Positions 1-13,783 of a DNA stretch of 64,000 nt are shown piece by piece. Under the pieces are notes generated by a model, which had not been told where the DNA came from, ran no database searches, and worked only from the letters and a program-made list of their open reading frames with translations. Numbering within the stretch: the stretch's first letter is position 1; the number at the start of each line of letters is the position of its first letter. This stretch comes from Heptranchias perlo. Its lineage: Eukaryota. Made by a program: the position numbers and the translations under genes. Location: contig NC_090353.1 in the NCBI RefSeq assembly GCF_035084215.1, forward strand, positions 25,296,001 to 25,360,000, written 5' to 3'.

Positions 1-133
1 TGTAAATCTTGTACACTCAGCCTGTGTTCATACAGTAATAGCTTTATTCAAATTTATTTGTAAAATTACAGATGCTCTTTTCTGATGGCAATGGTTTACT
101 TGTTGTAATGTGTTGCATTTAATTTTTCTTTAG

Positions 134-280
134 ATTATTCACACTGACAGTAATACAATTTTGGGACAGAATGACACTGGTTTTAGCTGTGATGGATCAT
201 CCAACACTTTCAGGGTTATGTTCAAGGAACCAGTGGAGATTTTGCCCAATGTTAACTATACTGCATGTGCTACATTGAAG
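134..280 (+). CDS. BTBD2: BTBD2 penultimate coding exon (PHR domain)
   Basis: tttag|ATT...TTGAAG|gtatgt, 147 bp, phase 0-0. Translates [49 protein letters not shown], recognised as the BTBD1/2 PHR domain and closest to BTBD2. Confidence 0.92.
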
Positions 281-1958
281 GTATGTCAATAGACTTGTTA
301 AAAATGTTTTATCGTTTACAAGTTAAATGGTGGAAATTTTATCTCTTTACTCCAGTGCATACTCAGGATTTTAAACAGAACCTTGCACACAAATTTGATC
401 AACAGTTACAGCAACAAAGTGACTTTATTTTTTCATCTGGAAAATGTTCCCCTGAGCACATTCCTATTGGCTGTTGCTGTACTCTGTTTTTCCAATGCTG
501 TGATATTTAGAAACCATTTCTCCCTCCCAACTTCAGACCAGGCTCCAACTGCGGACCTTTTAGAGGGGAGATTTTCCTGGGTCTGCATCCAGAAACACTT
601 GATGACCTGGGTGCAGCGAATATGGAAAAATCGAATGGGTTCCTTAACAGGTGTGCACTCTGCTCGGCACATTTTCCAATATTTGTGTGCCCAGGTGATC
701 CAGTGCACCTGGGTATAGTCCTAGGAAGATCTCCCCTTGGAGCTCTCTCTTGCCTATTTTGCTTGTCTCCTTTTTTTAAAAATCAGCTACAGAAGCAGGG
801 ACTGAAGTCAGAAGGGGATCTACTTTTCAAAGATCACAGTACTGGAGGGTCAGAAAACTTTGAGAATCCGATTGGAAGAATTCTATTCCAACTGTTTTTA
901 TTTACTTCTGCACATACTTTTATTATACTTGAGTCCCTGAAAGATTATTGAACCAGTATAAAGACCACAAAAAGCTTTAAGTAAAATAATGTATCAGAAA
1001 CTGTGTTTCTCTGGAAGAATTGTGATTGTTAGTACTAACAGCCATAGAAATTAATAAACCACATAAAATAGAGTATTTCAAGTGGCTTGAACTATTAATT
1101 CTTGGGAATCAACAGTAGATTATCACTTACAAAATTTGGAATAAAGTAATTGAATATCAACACATCATGGTCTGATATTTCCACCGTGATAATAGCTATT
1201 GCCAATAACAAAAAGTGGAAATGAGGGCAAAACGTGTCCCATGAACATCACAGTTTACATATGTAAACTTTTTTTTAATAAAGAATTATCTGGCTGTAAT
1301 TTAATTTTGGCAAGGTCACGCCACTTATAAGAACAAAATGGTTCACTGTCTTCTGAACATTCTCCGAGATTAATGTCTTTAAATCATTCCCAAATATGTG
1401 TCATCAATTACTCCCTATCCTTCACTATTCTCCCCCTCTTTTCTGTTTTGTTTTTAAAAAGTAAACTTAAATTTCCCTTTTCCTACACCTCCTCAGATAA
1501 TGTGTCTAGGTGACTGCTCCACACCTCCTAGAAGTTGTACTTTCTAACAGTAACCAGCAGTAAAAGAGCATCTCATGGTCCCTCTCCCTTCCTCTTCAAG
1601 TGGGAAAGTGTCAACCTCTCTTATATGTTCTCACCCTGCTCTTCCCCTGCCTCTCCCAAGCCACCCCACAGAAAACACCCATACAGTAAATTCATTGAGC
1701 AGATGTGGGTCAACCATACTATACTATGAATCAATCTTTGCAGTTATGTGGTAGCACAGCCTGCTGTGTCTCCAGCCTTTCTTGAATACCATTTTACAGT
1801 TTTCAAAAGCTCCTTTTCATTGAGTAATTTTCAAAGCCAAAGTAAAGATAACAGATCACTTCTACAGCACTACAGTTTTAATTGTATGATTTTTTTAGTT
1901 TCCATGATCCTTAAAGATTTTTTTTACAATGATTCTTTATATGTATGTACATATATAG

Positions 1959-2120
1959 GGGCCAGATTCACATTATGGAACAAAAGGACTTCGTAAAGTC
2001 ATCCACGAATCTCCCACAACGGGCACAAAAACGGTCTTCACTTTCTGTTATGCTGCTGGAAATAATAATGGAACATCAGTAGAGGATGGACAGGTCCCGG
2101 AGATTATCTTTTATACGTAG
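1959..2120 (+). CDS. BTBD2: BTBD2 last coding exon
   Basis: atag|GGG...TAG. Translates [53 protein letters not shown], matching the BTBD2 C-terminus, and is in frame with the previous exon. Confidence 0.92.
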   Translation, partial: GPDSHYGTKGLRKVIHESPTTGTKTVFTFCYAAGNNNGTSVEDGQVPEIIFYT

Positions 2121-5100
2121 TCAAGCTCAGTGGGACCTCAAGAGACCTTGGCTGGGTCTATCAAATACAAACTGGTTGTATGCTACTGTATATTTGAAAT
2201 GAAGAGCAATGTGCCTACTGCTAGGCACAGGTTTTGAATATTGTGCTTTATTTTTAAATGTTAATGGCTGACAGTGTAAAAAAAAAGCTTTTTTTCCCCT
2301 CAGCTCTGTATTGTCGCAGAATGTGGGAGTATTGATATTGTGGTGCCAATTCTAAGCAAACATTTTGCTTATTGATGTGTGAAAAGCACTTATGTAACCA
2401 GGGCTGTAGCAAAGCTGAGTATTCAAGCCTTGAAGTTTCAGTTTAAGCAGCCAAAGTATTATTACAATGAAGAAATATCTTGCTGGTGGTCAAGGCCAAA
2501 GACATTAAACTGCCGAAGAGGAGGGCTTCAAATAAGCATATAACACATTGTTCTGTAAAAACCTTGGATTGGACCAGCAAAGAACAGTATCTATCCAGAT
2601 TTTAAAACGAGAATGTGTTAACTTGTAATGCTTGATGAAGTGAATTAGTAAATAAATGTGAGCATGTTTATCAGCACCAAAATGTAACTAGAAAGCTGCA
2701 ATGTGTACAACCCATTTTCAGCTAACCAGCTGCTGTTCTCCTTAACATTTGTAAATGGTGTACCCCTAACATTTCACTAGGAAATCAGTTCAGACTATTA
2801 CCATAATTACATGTGTTTTGCCAGCTATATATGGGTCCAATTTCTAGGAAAGTTACCTGATTAACAGTATTTTGTAATAACCTAATCAGTGGTGTATCCT
2901 GATACTGGTGTATTTTACAATTTTTAAAAAAAATACACACATTATGTTTAGTAAGATACCACTGCAAAATCTGCACACTTTTCCAAGTTAAAGATGATTT
3001 TGTATTCAGTTTAAGGGACTGTCACTCTTACTGGAGTACTATGTAAATATACGTTTCCACCCACTCAGCATTTAACTTCTACCCTGCTATACTGACAACT
3101 GCAGAGTGGAGCACTTTGAATTTCAGTGAAGATACTGCTGAGTTGCCTATTAGACTTGGAGTGGATTTGGCCAGACCTGCAGTCCTTGTTCTGCATTATC
3201 TGGTTCAGATAGAACTGGAACTCAATCAGAATAGTGCCAGATCCATGGACATCAGTATAAAAGGGACAGTATGAAGTAGAAAGTGTCCTCTGATCGGAAG
3301 GGATAGCAGCATAAAAGATGCACAGATTCAGGAAAGTCAGAAGAATCTTTCTAGGGGACTGTGTTGCATTCTAGGACGACGTAACCCAAACTGAGTAAAG
3401 TAAAATGAAAGTAAACAGTTTGAAACAAAGATCCCATTCAACGAAAGCTGCATCTTTGCATTCCCTTGTGCTAGTTTGTTTCGAGCTTTTTTTTCCCAGA
3501 AATCCTGTACTGCTGTCCTCCTGGCCACCACTTTGATTTTATGCACAAAAGATCTTGTAATAATTTACTAATTGACTTCATCTCTCTTCCTTTTTCCCCC
3601 CTCTTTTTTTAAAAAAAAAACCCTAAAAGATGTGTCCGAGCCCACTAAGCCTAGGGTGGTTTGTAAAAGTCTGGTATTGTAGAAAAATATATCTAATTGA
3701 TCTAAACTCCTATATTGTGAAAATTGTAGATGAAAGGTTTAACCTAGGTACCGCATTGGTTTCAGCTTATCACTAGGGCAGCATTTATTTTAAAGGACAT
3801 AGATACCAGTTTCACACACACTGGAAAAGAATTATAGAAATTTCAGCACTGAAAGAAGCTCTTTGGCCCATTTGCCTGTACCAGTGCTAGTGCCACACTG
3901 GACTTATCTTCTCTGATCCTATATCGCTGGGGTTTCCCTGTTCCCTGTAAACCAATTGTGCACACAACTGGAATTGAACCACGGACCTGACTCCGTTTAG
4001 CAGCAAACAAACCCAAACGTTTGTACCCAATGAGCCATCCGTGGAAGATGGTCTTTTTTTTCCCTTCTGTGTCTTGCGGTCAAAACTGTGTACAATAATG
4101 CAGTAAAATATTTTTAAATGTACGCTAAAAATTTAGCCTCTGTTTTTGTGCTAGCGCTGATTGAGGTAATACACACTAATGAAACCTCAAGGATGCTCCC
4201 TATCGTATTGTATTCAGACTAACAATAGAATAATTTGCATGTTGATTTTTGATTCTTTTGTTTTAATTGCATTAGTGCTCTCCAAGAGCATAACTGTTAT
4301 GCACATGTTGCCCTGCAGATACCATTGATCTTAATGAAATTAGATGTAGAAAAGTCCTTTTGTAACAAACGGCATTGTAGTTGCGTTTTTATTATCAATA
4401 CATAGTTGCACATGCAAGGCTAGAAAACACAAAGGTGCTAATTGACCAACCATCTTGGTATAAGACTCGTAGTTGTGGTCATTTTGAAATTCAAAACTTG
4501 CCTTGTAAATAAGATTTAGCAGTATTTTATTTTATCTTGCATATATCAGGAAAACCAGTTTGGTGCCTAAGCCCTGTGTGTGAATTTTGGTTTTCCCACA
4601 TTCACAAAATTACCAGATTTAATCCCAATGAGAAGATGAGGAATTGCTTCCATTGTACAAAGACATTTTTTCCACTACTTGGCCCCTAATAATCTTCAAG
4701 TGCTACACCGTTTGTAATCCTCCCACCCAGTTTCTCTTTTACAACTGCAAATGTACCATTGGGAAGTAGAATTCAGGGACTTGCCAAAATGCCGATTAAT
4801 TGTCAGTACTGTGAAATAGCTAACAAACCAGTTTACTTTTTTTATTTGGTGCAGAAATCCAATTGCAGTCATTGTTTAAGCACAATCAGTAAGATTTTTT
4901 TTCTTGGATTTGTTTGCCTTTAAATTAAGGTTAATCTTCTGATTGGTTGATATTTGAACTGCAGTATGCTGTGGTATATACTGTGATCTAACATACACTT
5001 TAGTGCTATTTTAAATAATGCCGTCGCTGCAGTTTTTTTTAACGTTTTACTTTAAAATTGTTTGAACCTGAGAAAATGTTGATACTTTATGTTTTTGAAG

Positions 5101-7655
5101 CAATTTAAATTGCAGCAATAAATTGCCCTAAATTACCTTAAGTAATAATATCTTTAATATATGGAAAACTACAGTGAAAATGGATTAAATACCTGGCTTA
5201 GTTAAAGAAAGGAATGATGTTAAAAATGGTAAAATGTGGCTAGAGTAATTTTTTCCTAATTGTTAAACAGTCTTCTAATCTTTTCATTATCTGAGCCAAC
5301 CTTTAAAGACAGTGGATCCATTTAAAACTGACTTGACAGAAGAATCAGCTGAATTCAAAATAAGAGTCAAACATGCAGTCCAAATGACGCGAGGACAGTA
5401 TCTATTGAGTTTTTATAGTACATTTTTTTTAGGATTTCAGACATGTCTTGATATTTACAGTGGTTCATAGTTACTGATCTATTGGGCTACTAACTCAGTC
5501 ATATGGAGGTGCACATTTTGTTAAGAAATATTCATCTAAAATGGTTAGTTCTTGCAAGGCTACAACAAGGGAGAGCTGAAGATCTGAAAAAGGCTTCTTT
5601 ACAATTGTGCGATGCTACCCAAACTAATAAGTAGGTAGGCCGACAGCCTGATGGTGGAAATTACAAATTTTTACCCAATTCGGCTAGGAGGTACCTCTTA
5701 GTTGATGCTGATTTCTAAGGTGTCACTGCTGTGTGAATTTTTTTAATTCTACATGCGCTTCTTTAATCTACTGGAACCAGCTACCAAGTACACAATTAAG
5801 CTTTGCATTATGGGAAAATGGGAATAAGAATGTCACAACTGCAGTTAGCCACCAATGATGCACTGAAACTTGAAGGCTTGCTCAACAGCAACATTGTTAT
5901 GGCCCTTTCAACTAGTACACAAGCATTACTTAATGAGACAATTTTTGCTTATTTAGACTGAATGTGTTGGTAATTTTATTTTAGAAACTGCCTGTTAGCA
6001 TTCACAAGCAAATATATCATGTAAATTCAAAAGGAGTACTTAGAATCTTAGATACTGTTTGATGAATGTATAAAATGATCAGTAAACTTATTCTAAATGT
6101 ATTCTCACTTCATAAACTTTGAGAGCCTATTTTGTCAAGATGTCTACAATTCAGCAAGACTGCAGTGGAAGTGTGTGGAGTGGCATTGTGTATGATTGCA
6201 GCAGTGCAGAGGTTCCCAAAAGCAGTATACAGACATCAAACATTATTTGTATTTGAAAGCTTTAAGAAGGAAATTAAAAATCATGTAAGCTTTTGTTACA
6301 AACTGAAACACAAGTATCTAAACATCCCAAAAAGGGATGAAGTGACAATATAATTCAGGCTGTATCCTGAATGTGAAGCCCATATAGTATTGATCCCAAA
6401 AAGTGGTTTCTCCAAATTCATTTTGAAGTTAAAACTCCAGTGTAATTGTGTCGAGTGGACATAGTTGTCACGCACCCCTTGCCCCCTCCCTCCCTCCTCC
6501 TCCCTCTCACCGTTCCAATCTAGGAATGACACTACAGTAATATGGCACAGACCTACTGTGGGGATCTGTATTTTGCTTGGCTCAGTGATTTACAGCTCTG
6601 AAACACCTGTATAGGTGATGCCATGATTTCAATTGAGTGCAGTGATTTTCTGTAGGTTCTCTTTGGAGTATTTTGAGGTTGAAAGGAGAAATTAACAAGT
6701 CAGTAAATGCAGTAGCTCCATTAATTTTTATGACCATTTGGCATTTTTAAAACTGAAAATTCATGATCATGAAATGTAGTTACTCCATATTAATATGCAC
6801 TTTACAAACCGCTGCAGAGCCATGAGCTTATAGAGATCACTGTTTCCAGCAGCACCATTAGTTGGCCATAAATGGTACTACAGTGCAGTCCTGGTATACA
6901 GCGTAGCAACTTAGAACCACAGTGTATTTTTTATCTCATTTATTTTGCGTGTCTATAACTTGTCATTTTGGAATACAGGTGCACAAAGTTCATGGGGTGT
7001 ATAGTAATCTAATAGCCTCTTGCAGGAGGCAGTTAGGGAAGTAAACCAGTTGGTCAGTGAATGTTGGGATGTTTAGGGTAAGAAATTGAAAAGTTGGTTT
7101 TGGGATCTCCTCACTTGGCACTGGAAATCCAACCCTGAGTGTAACTGAGCAGTCAATTATGAATATTTGCACGTGGGTTGCATTAATGGCATTAAGTGTG
7201 TAAGAGTGGCTTCTGTTTTAGGCCATGTATAATACTATTGATTATGGCTGGTCTGAGGTAATATATAGAATAATGAATTGGTAGGAGGGAGTTAACCAGG
7301 CAGTTATATCATTGAAGGGCTCTGATTGAAGCTTGAATGATGCATACATATTATCAGCCCCACAGATTGTTGATGCTTTTACTCCACTCCTACCTATTAT
7401 TTTTATAATATACAGTTTGAATCTTATTCATGGATGTGTATGAATTCCTGAATTCAAAACTGCTTCAAATCCTCAAGTGATGTCAATGTGTGCATGTTAC
7501 AAGTAGGGATGACACAAAAATTTTTAAAAATCACTGTGGCAAAAATATGATTGATATAACCTAATGTTGGTATGATAGTTGAAGTACAAGCTCAGAAAAA
7601 GTTGTGTTTCATGAATCTACTTTGTTACAAATAAAGGTTTTAAAAAAATCATCCC
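2121..7655 (+). other. BTBD2: Probable long BTBD2 3'UTR ending at AATAAA 7630-7635
   Basis: AT-rich, nearly transposon-free sequence after the stop codon, with AATAAA at 7630 followed by T/GT-rich sequence. The end point is inferred. Confidence 0.5.
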
Positions 7656-7940
7656 TGTGTAATTCACTTTAATGTCTATGCATCTTATAATTAAAATATT
7701 TAGAAAGAAAATAAACACCCTTAAACTTTGGAATCACAACCTAATTATTGCAATGCCTGTTTTTAAAAAAATTGTTTGATCTACACCCATTTCACTCGCA
7801 TCCTTTGTACAAACATCTTGGATTTCAAAAACCTTTGCCATTATCTAAAGTCACTGGTTGCGCTCTTCGTTCCTTTTGATCTCAACCTTTTTGTAATAAA
7901 GAACAAACTTAAATTTATGCAGCACTTATAGTGCCTTTCA

Positions 7941-8515
7941 TATTGTGTATGATTACAGCAATGGAGAGGTTCCCAAAAGCAGTATACAGACATCAAACGT
8001 TACATGTATTTGAAAGTTTTAAGAAGGAAATTAAAAATCATTCAAGTAAACTTTTGTTACAAACTGAGACACATTAAGTATCCAAACATCCCAAAAAGGC
8101 ATGAAGTGACAATATAATTCAGGCTGTATCCTGAATGTGAAGCCCAAATAGTATTGATCCCAAAAAGTAGTTTCTCCAAATTCATTTTGAAGTTAAAACT
8201 CCAGTGTAATTGTGTTGAATCTGCTGGACATAGTTGTCAGGAACCCCTTGCCAACCACCCCCCCCCCCCCCCCCCCCCCTCTAATTGTCCCAATCTAGGA
8301 GTGACACTACAGTAATATGGCACAGACAACCTGTGGAAATCTATATTTTGCTTGGCTCGGTGATTTACCGCTCTGAAACACCTGTATAGGTGATGCCATG
8401 ATTTCAATTGAGTGCAGTGATTTTCTGTAGGTTCTCTTTTTAGTGGAGTATTTTGAGGTTGAAAGGAGAAATTAACAAGTCAGTAAATGCAGTAGCTCCA
8501 TTAATACTACTATAG
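7941..8515 (+). repeat. Diverged direct copy of 6185-6725, flanked by the 14-bp direct repeat TATAGTGCCTTTCA
   Basis: Collinear match to 6185-6725; the direct repeat lies at 7927-7940 and 8516-8529. Confidence 0.9.
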
Positions 8516-8613
8516 TATAGTGCCTTTCACATCCTCAGGCTATCTCCAAGCATTCCACAGCCAAAATATGGATCTAGCCTATGAGCTCTTGTTATCTGAT
8601 CTACAAAGACATA

Positions 8614-10326
8614 GGGCCCGATATTAGGAGGGAGGCGGGTTGGCAGCGGGGGGTCGACTGGGCGTGTGGGTAATATGCTTAGTGAAATCGGTGGGTTTGG
8701 CACGCGATCGTAAGTAAATTGAAGCCACTTACCTTGGCATCCGGGTTTCGCACTGGAAAGCTGCGCAACGGGCGGACTGCGCACCCGCATCATAGGCTGT
8801 CAGCTGGAGGAGCCCTATTTAAAGGGGCAGTCCTCCATTGACATGCTGTAGAATATAAGCAAAATTACAGTATGGAGCAGCCCAGGGGGAAGGCTGCTCC
8901 CAGGTTTAATGATGCCTCACTCCAGGTCTTACTGGATGGGGTGAGGAGGAAGAGGGAGATCTTCCACCCGGCAGACGGGAGGAAGTGGCCTGCCTCTGCC
9001 ACCACGAAGGCCTGGCTCGAGGTGGCAGAGGAGGTCACCAGCACCACCAACATATCACGCACCTGCATACAGGGCAGGAGGCACTTCAATGACCGAACCA
9101 GTTCAGCTGAAGTGAGTACTCTTACTCATTCCCCTACACTCAGTCTCCCACATCACCGCCCCCACCCCACATCTCCTTCTGCACTGCCAATAAAACTATC
9201 AGATCACTCCTCACACCCACTGAACCCTCATCCTTATCTTACCTGCACTTCCTCACCTCCCAAGGACTCATCCCACCACTACCACTCAACCCAATCCTCA
9301 TACAATCTCATGGCTCTGTCTCATACTCACCCTCTCATGCATCTCTTTCACGGTCAGCCTCACCCCACCTGCTACAGGGCATGCATCACATATGTGTAGT
9401 AAGAAGCGTAAGGCAAACGTGTTGTGAGCATAAAGGGGATGCACAAGGGTGTTTGAGGGTTTGTCATGGTTTTTACTTATATTTGATTTCTGATCAACTC
9501 ACATTACATATTATATTGTCACCACTACTGCCACGTCTTGGCCATTCTTGACTGGCTTGTGCAATAAGACCTCTTCATGAGGTTCTCCATGAACACTCTT
9601 GATGCCACCCATTGGGTCACCCTACAGTGGGTGGGTGTGTAGTTGCATGACTACATTGTGCAGGTGCCTGTTGCGCAGCACTGTGTTGTGTAGCTCCACG
9701 TGGCGGAGGTGGACGGCATGCCCGGCGAGGCTGGTGATATTCCTCGTCCACCAATGAAGTGATGAATGCAGCTATGGAAACCCCCCTCCCCCATCCTGAC
9801 GGTGTGAGTGTGAGGGGGTCTGCAAAGTAGGTAATTGTGTTTGGACAGCAGAGTTAGGGTATGATGTAATAATTTTGAGTGTGGAGACAACGGTGTGGCA
9901 GGCAAAACTTTATCTGAGGTGACAGATCTGCTGCAATGAATGAGGTATTCCCCCCAACTGCCAAGGAATCCTCTGCATCTCCCAATGGCTGCTGACTGAA
10001 ACATGTCTGCAACAACAGGGAGTGTTTCCCACAGCATGTGAAACACGCTGAGGAGAGTCCAAAATCACATCCCTGCTAAAGTCTCTTCCCAATGAGGTTT
10101 GTCAATGATCTCAAGTACCTCCCTAACTATCTAAACTGTCATCCCACCAGCTTTAATTGCCAGTGGAAGTCCCGCATGCGGGGGCTGCACACGCATCGAT
10201 TCGCGTCATTGGGGAACCTGGAAGTGGGCGGGTTGAAGCCGGGCTCCGGACCCGCTCCGAGATTCCCCAATTTTAGGAACCCCCCGCCACGAACGCACCC
10301 ACTCGGGCCATCCTAAAATTGACCCC
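8614..10326 (+). mobile_element. Internally deleted PIF/Harbinger DNA transposon (Myb/SANT-like gene on +, transposase remnant on -)
   Basis: Imperfect TIRs GGGCCCGATATTAGGA / TCCTAAAATTGACCCC with an ATA duplication on both sides. ORF 8872 MEQPRGKAAPRFNDASLQVLLDGVRRKREIF...AWLEVAEEV...RRHFND is Myb/SANT-like. Homologous to 35599-37636. Confidence 0.85.
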
Positions 10327-11029
10327 ATAGTTCCTCTGTTCCGCTATTTTGGCCACTACATCTTTGAAAGAATGGTCTTTGCAATGTCCTTTTCCACCAA
10401 TCAGAAAGCAATGTTTTTCAATCTGCCAACCTTCTACCTAAACTTTGAAACATAAGGAAATTCCATCCACCACAATGTCCCAAGGCAGCAAGATATGAAT
10501 TCATGAGGTTTATCAACCTTACAGGTGGCAAATCTAGGGCTTTTGACTAAGGGGTAAGTAAGTAACACACCAAAGGGATTTAAAGTAGTTAAGAAAACCT
10601 GGGCCATGCTGAGCAGGTACACAATGCTAATAGTAGTAATACACCAGTTTTTATATATGGCCCACAGACTTCATGAAAAGCAACTGTGGCCTATGAAACA
10701 AAAAAAGTTTGGACATCCCTGTTTTAAGAAGGGGACAAGAAGGAAGGCAAAGCAGAGCATTGTCCTCCCAAGTAGGCTTTCTGCAGGAGACCAGGGGAAC
10801 GGTGTGGATCTAGTACACAGCACTCACATGATTGGACACTTCCGGCCATGCAGTCTGTAAACTGGCTGCATGTAGAGGATTTCTCTCAGCCTCAAAAATA
10901 GACACAGGAATTACATCTAAAATGTTAACTTATTTGTTCTCTGCACAGATGCTGACTGACTTGCTAAGTGTTTCTAGCATTTTCTGTTTTTGTTTCACGT
11001 TTCTTCTTATGAACATAATGGCAGGTATT

Positions 11030-12350
11030 TCAGAAACAATTCCCCAAATCAGGGTCAAAATGGTCTGTGCTCCTGGGTGGACCCAGGGTGGTAGAGAGTC
11101 AGCCCGACCCAACCAAGTTCCACCAGGTTGGCTTATTTAAATAATTTAAATATGCACCCTGCACACTTTTCCCATGCACAGAGAGCATTGTTCTATCTGA
11201 GGTGTGTGTGTGGGGTGGGGGGTGGGGGGGGGGTGGGTGGGTGATAGTTGAAGTTGGGTTACTAGGAGTGCAGCACCTCTTAAAGGGAGGCAGCTAGTTT
11301 TGGTTTGGAAGCTGGCTAAACGTGGCTGGAGAAGCTCCCAGAACTATGTCCAACACAGAGGAGAACTTGGAGGTTTTACTAACAAAGGTGGACTTGAGGA
11401 AAGTGTCTATTTTTGGGGCTAACAGAAATCCACCAAATATAGCTCAGTGTGCAGAAGGTAAGGCCAAGTATCCAATCAGATGAATGCTGTCTATGCATCA
11501 CTCAAAGGCACAAATGTAGAAAAAGTTCTCTGGACTGAGGAAGAGTGTCAAGTGGCCAATGGATGTCCATTCAAAGCAAAGGGGATAGCTGTACTATGAA
11601 TGCACCAAGCACTTAGCTCAGTTTGCTCCAAAATCTTTAATGCTGTCTGCAAAGCATTGGCCCCACTTCTCGCTTCTTAAACCTCCTAAGAAGGTATCTG
11701 AAGCTGCACCTCCAACTTGATGGCTGCCAATGTGGCTGAGGATGTGTGGCAACTGACTCTAGAGTCTACAGCTCTCATTTGCGGCAACGTCAGGCAAACA
11801 TTTTCTTCATTGCAGGCACTAATGGGGCATATGGCAGCTTCACTAGAATCTGCAGCAGACTCACAGCTAACAATTGGCCAGATATCAGTCAGTACCTCCA
11901 CCACCATGTAAGTACATACTGCAGCTGTGGTGGCAGTAGGGCAGGGAATAAAGACCACTCTGCAAAGCAGTTTCTAGATCATGGTGACTGTGATGCATGC
12001 TGCTGAATCTCAGAGTTTTCTAGATCTGATAGCTGCCATTAAACCAACCATCTGTACTTTGAGGGAGTGGAAGCCATTCTTGTTGAGGTAGTTGAGGGGG
12101 TTTTCTGTTGGAGCATGCAAAGCAATGTGGGTGCACTTTGGACCTTGGGGAAGCCAGCAGCTCCATAAACTAACTCGCTGCTACCTTGCTGCGATGCCAA
12201 AGTTGATGAATTCACCAGGTCTCTGTAAAGGGCATCAGTGACAAATGAATGCCAATAATGCAGCATAGCTGATATTACAGACATCACCCATGGCTGCCTT
12301 AAATGAGCCAGTACCATAAAATTTGAGGGCATCTTCATAGCCACAGAGAG
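11030..12350 (+). mobile_element. Older degraded Harbinger-like relic (Myb/SANT remnant)
   Basis: 11346 MSNTEENLEVLLTKVDLRKVSIFG and a frameshifted QCRKKFSGLRKSVK near 11511 resemble the Myb/SANT motif of the other two elements. Boundaries are approximate. Confidence 0.45.
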
Positions 12351-12397
12351 ACCAGTGAGCGCAGATAAGCGTGGCCGCAGGTTATCATGCAGAAGGT

Positions 12398-12917
12398 CCG
12401 TTCCTTATCTAAGGAAGGATATACTTGCCTTAGAGGCGGTGCAACAATGGTTTACTAGATTAATTTCTGGGATGAGAGGGTTGTCCTATGAGGAGAGATT
12501 GAGTAGAATGGGTCTATACTTTCTGGAGTTTAGAAGAATGAGAGCTGATCTCATTGAGACATGTAAGATTCTGAGGGGACTTGACAGAGTAGATGCTGAG
12601 AGGTTGTTTCCCCTGGCTGGAGAGTCTAGAACTAGAGGCTATAGTCGCAGAATAAGACTGAGATAAGGAGGAATTTCTTCACTCAGAGGGTTGTGAATCT
12701 TTGGAATTCTCTACCCCAGAGGGCTGTGGATGCTGAGTCGTTGAGTATATTCAAGGCTGTGATAGATAGATTTTTGGACTCATGGAGAATCAAGGAATAT
12801 GGCGATCGGGCAGGAAAGTGGAATTGAGGTTGAAGATCAGCCATGACCTGATTGAATGGTGGAGCAGGCTCGAGGGGAGGTTGGCCTACTCCAGCTCCTA
12901 TTTCTTATGTTCTTATG
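12398..12917 (+). mobile_element. 5'-truncated CR1 LINE 3' end
   Basis: PYLRKDILALEAVQ..FTRLISGMRGLSYEERLSRMGLYFLEFRRMRADLIE is the CR1 ORF2 C-terminus; ends in a TTCTTATG-type tail. Confidence 0.9.
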
Positions 12918-13440
12918 TCAAAGAGAATTACATAGAAATTTACAGCACAGAAACAGGCAATTCGGTCCAACATGTCTATGCCAGTGTTTATCCTCCACAT
13001 GAGCCTCCTTCCACCTTACTTCATCTAGCCCTATCAGCATATCTTCTATTCCTTTCTCCCTCATGTATTTATCTAGCTTCCCCTTAAATGCATCTATGCT
13101 ATCCTCCTCAACCACTCCATGTTCCACAGTCTCAGCACTCTCAGAGTAAAGAAGTTTCCCCAAAATTCCTTATTGGATTTATTAGTGACGATCTTATGTT
13201 TATTGCTCTGGTTTTGCACCACCCCACAAGTGGAAACATCTTCTCTATTTCTACCCTGTTGAACCCCTTCAGAATTTTAAACACCTCTAACAGGTCATCT
13301 CTCAGTCTTCTCTTTTCTAGAGAAAAGAGCCTCAGCCTGTTCAATCTTTCCTGATTGTTGTACCCTCTCAGTTCTGATACCATTCTTGTAAATCTTTTTT
13401 TGCACTTTCTCTAGTGCTTCTATATCTTTTTTTGTAATAT
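12918..13440 (-). mobile_element. 5'-truncated CR1 LINE 3' end, tail-to-tail with the previous copy
   Basis: Minus-strand ORFs ERLNRLRLFSLEKRRLRDDLLEVFKILKGF and SIDAFKGKLDKYMREKG. Confidence 0.9.
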
Positions 13441-13746
13441 GTTTCCTATTGATGAAACCACATTGGACTTGGACTGTACCAAGATCTACAAAGAAAAGGT
13501 AGGAATAACATCAAAATATTTTCAGATGGGTTTGTTTTGCAAGTTAATTTTAATTATGCAACATCTTAATAAACATGAAAAAAGCCAAGTCTTAGTGTTT
13601 GTTTATTTGACTTAAAATTGGTGCTTCGTTAAATAATTTATTTGTATTACAATCAAGGACTGTTTTTTCATTTCCTCCTAAACATGAGCTATTTCCTTGG
13701 GTAAATTTCATTTTCTGCTGGTTTCACTGGGTTCAGTTCTGTCAGC

Positions 13747-13783
13747 ATGTGGAGCAACATTATCACAATCCTTTTCATGTCTG
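13747..13783 (+). CDS. Selectin-like gene exon 1 (signal peptide)
   Basis: ATG TGG AGC...TCT G|gtatga encodes MWSNIITILFMS-G. Its phase 1 donor fits the lectin exon acceptor, giving the hydrophobic leader MWSNIITILFMSGSPYISES. Confidence 0.7.

Noticed and set aside
265-951. Overlapping ORFs of 81-111 aa
   Set aside because: They lie in the BTBD2 intron and show no recognisable domains; chance ORFs.
11202-11242. G-rich run with G-quadruplex potential
   Set aside because: A simple low-complexity tract inside a transposon relic, with no evidence of function.
13684-13704. Upstream ATG as the start of the selectin-like gene
   Set aside because: In-frame TAA after six codons; at most a short uORF.
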